Below are positions 1-8,849 of a DNA stretch of 64,000 bases, in pieces. The notes beneath the pieces are model-generated. The model was given only the letters and a program-made list of their open reading frames with translations. It made no database searches and was not told the origin of the DNA. The position numbers and the translations under genes are program-made. Position 1 is the stretch's first letter; each line of letters begins with the position of its first letter. The DNA is from Bryobacterales bacterium (GTDB lineage: Bacteria > Acidobacteriota > Terriglobia > Bryobacterales > UBA6623), in contig OY729427.2 in assembly GCA_963422375.2 (NCBI GenBank), positions 1,056,001 through 1,120,000 of the forward strand, in the 5' to 3' direction.

Positions 1-526
1 AATGGACATTGCGACCCGCGCAATTCAGGTCGCTGCCGAGGGGGGACGTTCGCGGCGGCTTCGCGGGCCGTTCAACGGGTTGACCCGCGGCGCGTCGGCG
101 CGTCGACCTCGGTGCAGGCCGAGGCACGCCAATCCGCACGGACCGTCCAGATCCGCGTCGGGCTCAGAGATCGGGTGACCGTTCCGCCCCGGGGCACTCA
201 ATCGACACGACCCGACGGGCCTCTTCGCGGGGATCTGCCGGACCTGCCTGAACGGAGCCGCGGGTCGCGTGTCTCCCGGACAGGAACGGCACCTCCGCCA
301 CCGCGACCCCATCCGAGTCAGTAGTGTCCACTCTCGTGTGCAAGCCCGCCTCAAGCCCCGACAGACTTCGGGCGGCGCCGGTTCAGCCGTAGCTAGGACC
401 AGAAAGTTGCGCGAGCTCGCCTCGTAGGGTATAGTGGCTTGCACTGGGTGCTGAACGGCAGATGTGAGCAGGACTGCGTGGCTAGGCCACCTCTCGGCCC
501 ACGTTGCTGCTGCGCACTGGATTCCC

Positions 527-1057
527 GTGGCCGACTACAACCTGTCGCTGGACGAGTATCGCGACCGGGTCTACGACTTGGCCCGGAAACGAAAGGGCGG
601 TCTCATCTTCAACGGCTCCCTTGACCATTCGGCGATTGTGGTGGAGCACATGTTCGCCTGCGCTCGACGCGAGGTGGCGCTCTTGACGGGATCTCTCAAT
701 CCAGTCGTCTATGGGCGGGAGGAAGTAATCCGCGAGGCGCGAGACTTCCTAGCGAGTGTCGAAGGAGCAAGGATTCGAATTCTCCTCGAGGAAGGAGATT
801 CGTACATTTGGAGATTTCACCCTCTTCTACGGGAGCTGCACCCATCTAGAGGGTTGTCCGTTCGGATTGAAGGTCCGGCAATTCGGGATCACTTCATGGC
901 TCACTTCATGGTCGTTGATGACGACTGCTACCGACTTGAAGAGGACAAGAGGAAGGTAGACGCCTACGCCGTGTTTGGTAAGAATCAAGGCAGTACTAAT
1001 CTGAAGAACGCTTTCAACCAGCTTTGGAATCACTCGGAAGTATTGCGTAGTCCTTGA
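527..1057 (+). CDS. Hypothetical protein, degenerate phospholipase D-like fold
   Basis: ORF 464-1057; likely start is the in-frame GTG at 527 (VADYNLSLDEY). Pattern MF.CARREVALLTGSL...VYG...FL...IRILLE...HFMVVDD..YRLE...FNQLW resembles PLD-like folds. The HxKxxxxD position reads MAHFMVVD. Lower GC than the host genes. Confidence 0.7.
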   Translation: MADYNLSLDEYRDRVYDLARKRKGGLIFNGSLDHSAIVVEHMFACARREVALLTGSLNPVVYGREEVIREARDFLASVEGARIRILLEEGDSYIWRFHPLLRELHPSRGLSVRIEGPAIRDHFMAHFMVVDDDCYRLEEDKRKVDAYAVFGKNQGSTNLKNAFNQLWNHSEVLRSP

Positions 1058-1257
1058 ATGGATGACATCAATCTATCACGCCTTCTCTAGGAGCTAATGG
1101 CTACGCTCCATACTGCTATTGGAAAGCCTAGAAGAGTGGGACCTGAACTCAGTACCGTGATTCGGCTAGACAAGAGCTCGTTTCGCTCCAGAAAAAGGAG
1201 CAAACTCTTCGCAGTACTACTACCACAGAATCTTCACTCGTTGAATCTTATGGCTCC

Positions 1258-1686
1258 TTGGAGGTCTACAAGATTCTACATTCATTCTCAAGGCTAAACG
1301 ATTTAGACTATTCGCCCTCCAGAGACAGTCTTGGTGATGGCATCGGGGCGATCAAGCGATTTTTCTACCTTCGCGGTTGGGATCGAAGACTGACCATTCT
1401 CGCAACGCTGTTTTCCTTCTTGTCGCTTATCTTGCACAGCGTAGGTGTTTTGGACTCGCATAGTCCGCAATGGATGACTTGGCTAATCTGGTCTATTGTA
1501 ACAGTTTTCCTAGCAATGTCAGGTGCTTTCGTCTTATTCAGTGATTCGATAGTAGTTTCCGCTCAAAAGCAGATTCGAAAGAACAGCGAGGAACTGCTAA
1601 AGACAATCAAAATAAACCTTGACAGCCGGACGACTTCGATTGAAGGCATTGCGAGCAGAGTAACACCATCTAACGGTCTACAATAG
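1258..1686 (+). CDS. Hypothetical membrane protein with two hydrophobic segments; 5' part probably disrupted
   Basis: Hydrophobic stretches LTILATLFSFLSLILHSVGVL and WMTWLIWSIVTVFLAMSGAFVLF followed by a charged helical tail. The frame is open from 1147 with no start codon before TTG 1258. An ATG at 1058, abutting the upstream stop, is in another frame. Confidence 0.55.
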   Translation: MEVYKILHSFSRLNDLDYSPSRDSLGDGIGAIKRFFYLRGWDRRLTILATLFSFLSLILHSVGVLDSHSPQWMTWLIWSIVTVFLAMSGAFVLFSDSIVVSAQKQIRKNSEELLKTIKINLDSRTTSIEGIASRVTPSNGLQ

Positions 1687-1710
1687 CGAAACTTCTGCAA
1701 TAGCGAAACT
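1681..1710. repeat. 13-bp direct repeat CAATAGCGAAACT x2 (1681-1693, 1698-1710)
   Basis: Read directly: caatagcgaaact-tctg-caatagcgaaact, overlapping the stop of the membrane-protein ORF. Confidence 0.85.
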
Positions 1711-2030
1711 ATGGACAATACATCCCAAAGGCCGTACTGGCTTCTCTCCATCGGGCGTCCGTTGCTGACAAACAACAGCGCGAGTGACGGCACGGGCGCG
1801 AGCAGCCTGCAATCTGTGGTCATGCCGGATCGACTTCCAATGCTTGAAGCGAGTTGTCAGGAGAGGGTACTACTGCAAGTATCGCGGTTGTCTTGGGAAG
1901 CACTGCTTTTCATTGCGCATACGCGCCATTTGTCCCTCAAAGCCTTGCACTTAGATGATCACAGAGAATCGTTAGCCACACTCACCGCAGCTCGTATGCC
2001 TAGGACGCCTTAGTCACCGGAGATTCCGCG

Positions 2031-3983
2031 CTAAGAGGCCTTCGGCACGATGTCGCGGCACTGCAAAACGGTCGACGTTTGCCTAGCAGCGGACCCCCTC
2101 CGTAGCAGCGTCGCGCAATAGAATCCCAGTTCCGCTTCCAATGCCCGCCTGACGGTCGCTCCGTCACGGAACCCATGGGACTCGCCCTCGAATAGGTAGT
2201 ACGCAACCGGAATGCCGCGGGAACGCAATGCCTCCACCATGACCTCGGTCTGCTCCTTCGGAACGACTGGATCCTCTGCCCCCTGGAAGAAGATTGTCGG
2301 CGCACTCACCCGGTCCGCCGCCGAAAGTGGCGACCTTTCTTCGTACACGGCGCTCCGGGCGGGCCACGGCCCGATCAATGTCTCGTGGTACCTTGACTCG
2401 AACTTGTGAGTATCCCGGGCCAAGCCTTTCAACTCGCTGATCCCGTAGTACGAGGCCCCGGCGGCGAATTCGTCGCGGAACGCCAGGCAGCAAAGCGCGG
2501 TGTACCCGCCTGCGCTCCCTCCCTTGACAATGATGCGATCCGGATCTGCCAAGCCGGCAGACGCGAAGTGCCGGGCTGCGGCCACCGTGTCATCGACGTC
2601 GGCCACGCCCCAGTTGCCGTCGAGACGCGTTCGATACGAGCGCCCGTAACCCGTGCTGCCGCTGTAATTCAAGTCAAGCAGCGCGAATCCCCGGCTTGTC
2701 CAGAACTGGGCCGACAGCGAGAGCGCATTGCTCGCCGCGGCCGTCGGTCCTCCGTGCAGGCGGATGATCATCGGCGGCTTCTCGTCCGGCGGTGCCTCGA
2801 AGTCGGGGTTCCAAGGGGCGAAGTAGAAGCCGTGAACTGTGCGCCCGGCCACCGAACGGAAGGAAATCGGACATCCGGTCGAGATGCCATTTAGCAAGGC
2901 CTCCGGCAATTCGGCCGAGCGCGCGAGGATCTCGCGGTTCCGCGTTCCAAGGTCGAAGCGCACGAGCTGGGACGGGAGGCTTGGGGAAGCGGCCCGGAAA
3001 ACAGCCGTGCTCCCTCGAACGGCCACCCCGTCGATCAGGCAATACGGAGTCTCGATGGGCTCGAACGCGCCCTTGCGGTCGATCAGGGCTAGGCCCCATT
3101 CACCATCCCGGCAGTACGCGGCGAGAATTCGGCCGTCCTCGGCAATGCCGTAGGTCGACATCCCGAACAGCCATTGGGGCAGACCGAATTCCGCCTCGCA
3201 CGGATAGACCGGGGCCACATCGGAGCCGTCGTCACGGTACAGGTTCCAGTACCCGCTGCGGTCCGTGACGAAGTAAAGCTCTCCGGCAGGCGACCACTGC
3301 GGCTGAAACACCGATTCGCGAGGCCCTCCCGCCACCTTGCGGCGCTCGCGAATCTCTCCGTCCCCCGAGAGCGCCCCTACCCAGAGATCGGTGCCGTCCC
3401 AAGGCATGTTGGGGTGGCGCCACTCCAGCCAGCACAGCCGATCACCTCGAGGGCTCAGACGGGCGCTGGCGTAGAAGTCCGCGCCGGAGACCAGCGTTCG
3501 CGGCGCTGGGCGAGGGCGTGCGAGATCTAGGGCGACAATCGACTGCTCGGCCTCCCGGCCAGCGTCCGAGTGGTCTTCGCAGGTCGACACCAAGAGATCC
3601 CTGTGCTTGTCGACCTCAAGGTCGGCGTACCGTCGCGGCCCCGGAGGGGTCAGCGGTTTCGGGTCCCGGGAAGGAACGGCCCGGTAGAGGCGCCGGTCGG
3701 CGCTGTCGCTGAAATAGACTGTCCCGTCGGCCACCGCGTAGGCACCGCCACCGTACTCGTGGACTCGCGAGCGGACGTTCCACCGCCGCTCCAGCCGATC
3801 CCGAATGCCGCCGTCCGGCCCGCGCCGCACTAGCGCCGTGCGACCACCCTCCGAGGGACGCCCCTCGAGCCAATAGACGGACTCCGTGTCAATGCGCGGC
3901 TCGCCGAGTCGAACCGACTCCCCCGCTACGAGCTCCGCCGTGAAAGGTGACCGCCAGAACCCGTACGCGGCTACCTGCTTCAT
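2031..3983 (-). CDS. S9 family peptidase (prolyl oligopeptidase / acylaminoacyl peptidase-like)
   Basis: Start MKQVAAYGFWRSP at 3983. Motifs HGGPT, GSTGYG, nucleophile GGSAGG, QGAEDPVV and GESHGF (Ser-Asp-His triad), with an N-terminal propeller region. Confidence 0.93.
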   Translation of the reverse strand: MKQVAAYGFWRSPFTAELVAGESVRLGEPRIDTESVYWLEGRPSEGGRTALVRRGPDGGIRDRLERRWNVRSRVHEYGGGAYAVADGTVYFSDSADRRLYRAVPSRDPKPLTPPGPRRYADLEVDKHRDLLVSTCEDHSDAGREAEQSIVALDLARPRPAPRTLVSGADFYASARLSPRGDRLCWLEWRHPNMPWDGTDLWVGALSGDGEIRERRKVAGGPRESVFQPQWSPAGELYFVTDRSGYWNLYRDDGSDVAPVYPCEAEFGLPQWLFGMSTYGIAEDGRILAAYCRDGEWGLALIDRKGAFEPIETPYCLIDGVAVRGSTAVFRAASPSLPSQLVRFDLGTRNREILARSAELPEALLNGISTGCPISFRSVAGRTVHGFYFAPWNPDFEAPPDEKPPMIIRLHGGPTAAASNALSLSAQFWTSRGFALLDLNYSGSTGYGRSYRTRLDGNWGVADVDDTVAAARHFASAGLADPDRIIVKGGSAGGYTALCCLAFRDEFAAGASYYGISELKGLARDTHKFESRYHETLIGPWPARSAVYEERSPLSAADRVSAPTIFFQGAEDPVVPKEQTEVMVEALRSRGIPVAYYLFEGESHGFRDGATVRRALEAELGFYCATLLRRGSAARQTSTVLQCRDIVPKAS

Positions 3984-5815
3984 GCACCTTCCGGATCCAC
4001 GGCAAGTACGGACTCGGCGTAGAGCTGCTCGCCGGTCAGGCCGTCGTAGTACTGAAACAGCGCCTGCGGGCGCGGATACGCGACCCAACGCGAGCGCCCC
4101 TCGGAATCCTCGTTCTCGAACACGTTGTTGATGCGCACGACGCAGTAGACGGGCCGGCTCCGACTGGCGGGTGCCGTGTCGTCAAGGAAGAACGTAGACC
4201 AGCGGATCTGCGCCTCGCGCCCGCGCGACTCGAACCTGCCGTTCGGCGGCCGCTGGGCCTCGGAAGCCAGAGGGTGGTTGCGCGAGCTGTGCGGCCCGGA
4301 GGCGAATTCCCACACATTGTCCGTCACTCGGATCGCGAAGCTGTTGTGCAGGTCGCCGGTCAGCACGAACACGGGCACACCCAGCTTGTCCCAGAAGCCG
4401 ATCAGCTCTTCCCGCTCCGCCACGACGGCCGTCCAAGCCTCGTCCTTGTTGGGGCCGCCCATGCCCGGCCCGACGTGAGGGATCATCAGGTTGACCGAGG
4501 AGACGACGAAGAGGAAATCGGCGTCGCTGGCGCGCATCCCGCTCTTCAGCCAGCTCTTCTGGCGCTCGCCGAGGATCGAGACGCCCTCCTTGTGCGGATC
4601 GCGGATGTCGTGAAGCTGCCGGTGGCTCCTCGTGTCGAGAAAGTAGAACTCCGCGTTGGCGATCGAGCGCCTCCAGAAGTTCAGGCGTCCGATCGAGTAG
4701 GAGGACTCACCCGTACTGCGCGGCACCGGGCTTATCTCCAGCTCGCTTGCGCCGAGGACCCTCTCGATCGCGTATACGCCCGCGTTCGGATCACCGCCCC
4801 GGCTGTCCAGCTCCTTGACGTTGACGCCGGCGTCCGGCTCTCCCCAATGCACCGTGAGCGTCGCGGCCTGCTCAAGATCCAAGGCGTCAAGGCCTCCGGC
4901 GTCGTCGCGCAGCACCGGGCTGCCCGCTTGAAGGCTGGCCCTGCCGAATCGGATCCCTTGCGATTGCGGCACGGGATTCGACCAGCCGAGGTAGTCGTAC
5001 CAGCCCCGCACGCCGATGTCTCGAAAGACCGCACGACGGCTGCGGAGACCGGGAGTTCCCGCCCCGTTCACGTCGCCCAAGATCTCGTGATCGTCAAAGA
5101 CAAAGAAGCTCGGAACCTCCCGGTGCCACGCCGCCATGTCGCGGCCCCGCTCGAGGTAGAGCTTGTAGTTCTGCCATACCCCTACGATCGTCGGAGCGAT
5201 CTGCACCAAACGGGGATAGCCGGCCGCGGCCGAGTCGCGCAGCCACTCGGAGGGCGGGTGATCCCGCTTCTCTTCGTAGAGCCAGTCCCCGTTCTGGATC
5301 GCGAAGTCGATACGGCCGTCAAGCTCGCGAAGCATCGTCCGGAACGCCGGCTGGTTCGAGTCCAGCTGCTTGTTGCCGCAGGCGAACTCAAAGCTGAAAT
5401 TGAAGAGCCCGCGCGGGTTGTGGTCCGCGCTGGCGTAGTCGGGACCGCTCGGCAGCGTTCGGAACGAGGCGACCGGGGGAGTCTGCCCGAACGCCTCGAG
5501 GCGGTAGAAGTACTCTGTGTCCGGCCGGAGCCCTTCGAGCCGGATCCACCCCGCGTTGTCGTGGGAGGACTCGGTTGCCACGACCTCCGAGATGCTGTCG
5601 AGGCTGCCCGGCGACAGCCCGTAGCGAACGCGGAAGTCTCCGGGCCGACCCGTCCGGGCCCAGACGCCGACGCCCTCGGACGAAAGGCGTCCCAGGATCG
5701 GTCCGTGAGAGACTTCAGCACCCGGGGCAAGGCCCCCGTCGCAGGAGAGCTGGGCGAGAAGGCCTAGGACGGCAGGTCCGCACGCAGTCAGAAACCAAGC
5801 GCGGGCCAGCGGCAT
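3980..5815 (-). CDS. Alkaline phosphatase D (PhoD) family protein, probably exported
   Basis: Start MPLARAWFL at 5815, overlapping the atpF stop. Purple-acid-phosphatase-like N-domain (GLRPDTEYFYR), then GDWLYE, DDHEI, LDTRSHR and TGDLH metallophosphatase motifs. Confidence 0.85.
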   Translation of the reverse strand: MPLARAWFLTACGPAVLGLLAQLSCDGGLAPGAEVSHGPILGRLSSEGVGVWARTGRPGDFRVRYGLSPGSLDSISEVVATESSHDNAGWIRLEGLRPDTEYFYRLEAFGQTPPVASFRTLPSGPDYASADHNPRGLFNFSFEFACGNKQLDSNQPAFRTMLRELDGRIDFAIQNGDWLYEEKRDHPPSEWLRDSAAAGYPRLVQIAPTIVGVWQNYKLYLERGRDMAAWHREVPSFFVFDDHEILGDVNGAGTPGLRSRRAVFRDIGVRGWYDYLGWSNPVPQSQGIRFGRASLQAGSPVLRDDAGGLDALDLEQAATLTVHWGEPDAGVNVKELDSRGGDPNAGVYAIERVLGASELEISPVPRSTGESSYSIGRLNFWRRSIANAEFYFLDTRSHRQLHDIRDPHKEGVSILGERQKSWLKSGMRASDADFLFVVSSVNLMIPHVGPGMGGPNKDEAWTAVVAEREELIGFWDKLGVPVFVLTGDLHNSFAIRVTDNVWEFASGPHSSRNHPLASEAQRPPNGRFESRGREAQIRWSTFFLDDTAPASRSRPVYCVVRINNVFENEDSEGRSRWVAYPRPQALFQYYDGLTGEQLYAESVLAVDPEGA

Positions 5816-6333
5816 CACTGCACCGGGGGCGGGGCAAGTTGCTCGAGAAAATCGTCGACGAGCCTGCGATTGTCCGCATCGCCCAGGTTTCTTCTGAGCA
5901 GGTGCTCGGCCGCGCGAATGGCGAGGCCGGCGGCCTCCCGACGCAACTCCTCCATGGCGACACGCCGCTCGGCCTCGAGCTGGCGACGCCCCTCGTCCAG
6001 AATCTTGCGGGCTTCCTCGCGCGCCTCCTCCCGGGCCCGGGCGCGCATCTGCTCGGCCTCTTGCCTGGCCTCTGCCACCAGTTCTTGCGAGCGACGGAGC
6101 GACGCTTCCATGTTGGCGCGGTTCTCCTCGATCGCGCGCTCCGCCTCGGCCTTCGCTTGCTCGGCCTTTTCGAGAGACTCCCGGATGCGCCCCTCCCGCT
6201 CGTCGAGCGCCCCGAGAAGAGGCTTCCAAGCGATGAGCCGCAGGGCGACGAACGTGAACACGAACGTCACCACGGTCCAAATCATCAGACCGGGCTCGAA
6301 CTGCAGCAGGGCGCTGCCGTTATCGGAGGCCAT
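5815..6333 (-). CDS. atpF: F0F1 ATP synthase subunit b
   Basis: EPGLMIWTVVTF..L...AWKPLLGALDERE N-terminal membrane anchor followed by a long Ala/Glu/Arg coiled coil; lies after atpE. Confidence 0.95.
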   Translation of the reverse strand: MASDNGSALLQFEPGLMIWTVVTFVFTFVALRLIAWKPLLGALDEREGRIRESLEKAEQAKAEAERAIEENRANMEASLRRSQELVAEARQEAEQMRARAREEAREEARKILDEGRRQLEAERRVAMEELRREAAGLAIRAAEHLLRRNLGDADNRRLVDDFLEQLAPPPVQ

Positions 6334-6339
6334 CGTTGT

Positions 6340-6633
6340 CTACTGGAACAGCAGGGCGACGAAGAGGACGCCTAGACCGATGACGGCCACGCCCTCAAGC
6401 AGGAACAGAGGGAGCTGGAAGGCGGCCCTGATGTCCTTGGCCGCTTGCGGCTGCCGGGCGATGCTCTCCACGGCCGCGGCGGTGAACTTGCCGATCCCGA
6501 GGCCGGCACCTACCACGATGATGCCCGCTCCTATTGCGCTGCCCGAGGCCTTGTCTAGGACTTGCGCCGAGGCGACGGCCGGCAGCACCAGCAGTATGGC
6601 GAGTGCGAACAGTAGGTTGATGGTGGGTTTCAT
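6340..6633 (-). CDS. atpE: F0F1 ATP synthase subunit c with N-terminal hydrophobic extension
   Basis: GAGLGIG, IARQP loop and LLEGVAVI ion-binding Glu. ATG at 6633 is preceded by a GGAGGA RBS. Confidence 0.95.
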   Translation of the reverse strand: MKPTINLLFALAILLVLPAVASAQVLDKASGSAIGAGIIVVGAGLGIGKFTAAAVESIARQPQAAKDIRAAFQLPLFLLEGVAVIGLGVLFVALLFQ

Positions 6634-6677
6634 TGCTTGGATTCCTCCTTGACGGATGGGAAAGGGGCGAAGAGCTG

Positions 6678-7508
6678 TCAATGCTCCTCGGCCACGAGCA
6701 TGCCGACGTACAGCGCAGTCAGCAGGGTGAAGACGTAGGCCTGGATCAAGGCGACGATCAGCTCCAGCAAGGTGATCGCCACGGCCAGCGGCACCGAGAC
6801 GGCAGCGAGGGCCACCATCTGGAACATGAAAATGAATCCGAGGATGATCAGGATGACGATGTGCCCGGCCGTCATGTTCGCGCCAAGGCGGATCATCAGC
6901 GCGATGGGCCTGACCAGCATGGAGATGACTTCAAGCACCACAACGACCGGCGCGATGGCCAGCGGCGTACCGACGGGCACCATGTGCTTGACGAACCCGA
7001 CCGGGCCGAGCGCGACCAAGCCCGAGACGACGAAGGTGAAGAACGAAACCAGCGCCAAAGCACCCGTCACGTTCAGGTTACTGGTGGCCGTGAATCCGCC
7101 CGGCACGAGGCCCAGCAAGTTGCAGGCGAGGATGAAGAAGAACAGCGAGAGCAGGAAGGGTGTGAACCTTCGCCCCCACTTGCGGCCCATGTTGGCGATC
7201 GCGATCTCGTCTCGCACGAAGACGACAATCATTTCCAGCGCGTTGGCCACGCCTCGCGGAGCTTCCCGGCCCGCGCGCGGATTGCGCAGGTACACGGCCG
7301 CAGTGACGATCAGGATCGCGGAGGCGACCAGCATCATGAGCACGGCCTTGGTGATTCCCAAGGTCTCGAAGGCTGGGTGCAGGTAGGCGTCGAGCCACTC
7401 CGGCAGGTGGACGGCGCTGTTGGAGATGTGATGCATGATCACATCTGCGAGGCTTTCATCGCCGCCGCCCGCAGCGAGGAGAGCGAAGTCTGCCTGCGTT
7501 GCTAGCAC
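6678..7508 (-). CDS. atpB: F0F1 ATP synthase subunit a
   Basis: NLLGLVP, TATSNLNVT, LMIRLGANMTAGH (essential Arg) and IQAYVFTLLTALY. Probable GTG start at 7508. Confidence 0.96.
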   Translation of the reverse strand: MLATQADFALLAAGGGDESLADVIMHHISNSAVHLPEWLDAYLHPAFETLGITKAVLMMLVASAILIVTAAVYLRNPRAGREAPRGVANALEMIVVFVRDEIAIANMGRKWGRRFTPFLLSLFFFILACNLLGLVPGGFTATSNLNVTGALALVSFFTFVVSGLVALGPVGFVKHMVPVGTPLAIAPVVVVLEVISMLVRPIALMIRLGANMTAGHIVILIILGFIFMFQMVALAAVSVPLAVAITLLELIVALIQAYVFTLLTALYVGMLVAEEH

Positions 7509-7795
7509 CGCTCGACGCACCTCGTGTAGCGGAGGCCCTCGAACACCTGGGCCGCTACGTAGCCGAGCAGCAGGGCGGGAACGAACAACCGCGGGTCGGC
7601 GGAACCGACCGTCAGCGCCCACCCGGTCAGCGCCAGGACCCAGAGCCCCCGCAGGGCCGCCCCGACCGCCAGCACCCGGAAGAGGCCGTTCTCGACGCTC
7701 GCCGGGACGATGCGCAGGACCGCCTCCGACAGGACCGCTGTCGCGAGGCCGCAGGCCAGCCCAGCTGCGGCGTGCCAGATCATTCCTGCGCCCAC
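7502..7795 (-). CDS. AtpI-like membrane accessory protein
   Basis: Small hydrophobic ORF between the AtpZ-like gene and atpB; start may be ATG 7783. Confidence 0.6.
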   Translation of the reverse strand: MGAGMIWHAAAGLACGLATAVLSEAVLRIVPASVENGLFRVLAVGAALRGLWVLALTGWALTVGSADPRLFVPALLLGYVAAQVFEGLRYTRCVERC

Positions 7796-7974
7796 ATCGC
7801 CTTGGCCAAGTTGTAGAAGCCCGCCACGATTCCGAGAAAAAGCCCGATGACCGCCGCCGTGGGATTACAGTCCCAGCGCTCTCCGACCGCAGCCCCTACC
7901 AGCAACCCGCCCAAAACCATTCCGCTCAGGGACAGGGCCGCCGCTGCGGTAGCGTTGCGAGGGCGGACCGGCAC
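7780..7974 (-). CDS. AtpZ/AtpI (ATPase gene 1) family protein
   Basis: G.LVG..VGERW...P..AVIGLFLGIVAGFYNL two-TM pattern typical of the family; first gene of the Fo operon. Confidence 0.75.
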   Translation of the reverse strand: MPVRPRNATAAAALSLSGMVLGGLLVGAAVGERWDCNPTAAVIGLFLGIVAGFYNLAKAMWAQE

Positions 7975-8051
7975 GGAGTCGTCCTAAGGTCTGGACAGGA
8001 AGCGCTTCTGCGGGGTGTGGGCTAGGAGGACGCTGGGCGCGACCTAAATTG

Positions 8052-8060
8052 AACATAGCA
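8052..8060 (-). promoter_or_regulatory. Possible extended -10 element (TGCTATGTT) for the atp Fo operon
   Basis: Only AT-rich patch upstream of the operon; reads TGnTATGTT on the minus strand. Confidence 0.3.
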
Positions 8061-8849
8061 GAATCGGCGGGCACGCGACAACTCCCGGCACCCAAGAGCA
8101 CACGTCTTCGGCCCGCTCCCCGCAGAGCCGCCAGCCGAAGCAACGGTCCAGCGCTCGGAGTCTCCATGCGCGAGGAGACCACCAGCGAACCCACCCTCGC
8201 GGCCACGGCGCCTAAGCCCAACCGGCCGAGTCAGAATTGATGACCCTCCCGCCGGACCGAAGACTCGATCATGTCGCATCGAAGAGCGCACGTTCCTCCG
8301 AGAATACCCTCCACGTCGAAATACCAGAGATCCGAGTACAAACTCGCCTGCCCACGCCAAGGCACCGGACGGCTGCGGCATAGGTGGCGAAATCGACAAT
8401 GCCGGCTAGGTCCGGACGGGCTAGCGCGGGCGACCAACAGCAACAGATTAGGGCCCTAGAGCCGAGCTTGACCCGCGGGGACCGCCACCCACAGTGTAGT
8501 GCAGGCTCCGTCGCCCCGTGCTTCAGCGCCTATTCTCATTGCGTGGCGTGGGGCGGTCCGGGCACCCGCATGCGCGTTGCTGGGTATACCCCTGCCTCGT
8601 CGCAAGAAGCTCCCGAAGACACGAGCGGTGAGAGTCGGCATTGAAGACTGTCCGGCCGCAGCAGTCGAACGAACCCGTCACCGGACGGCACCTTAGCCAC
8701 CGCACCCAAGCACTCGGGAGCGACAGGTCGTGCGGCAGGAGCCGTTGGATCATGCGAAGGCGGGTGTCGCCCAACACTCACTTCGCTCTAGAATCGCTGC
8801 GAATTTCAAGCGGCACGCGCAGACAGCGACGCGAGACCTTAGGCTGAGA

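Noticed and set aside
1..463. ORFs 25-444 (-) and 112-324 (+), and also 1711-2013 (+)
   Set aside because: No motifs, RBS or protein-like composition; treated as non-coding.
3947..5767. 606-aa + strand ORF, and similar long ORFs such as 26717-28402, 30197-32323, 49321-50874 and 55024-57258
   Set aside because: Antisense shadows of well-supported genes in high-GC DNA; Arg/Gly/Ala-rich with no family motifs.
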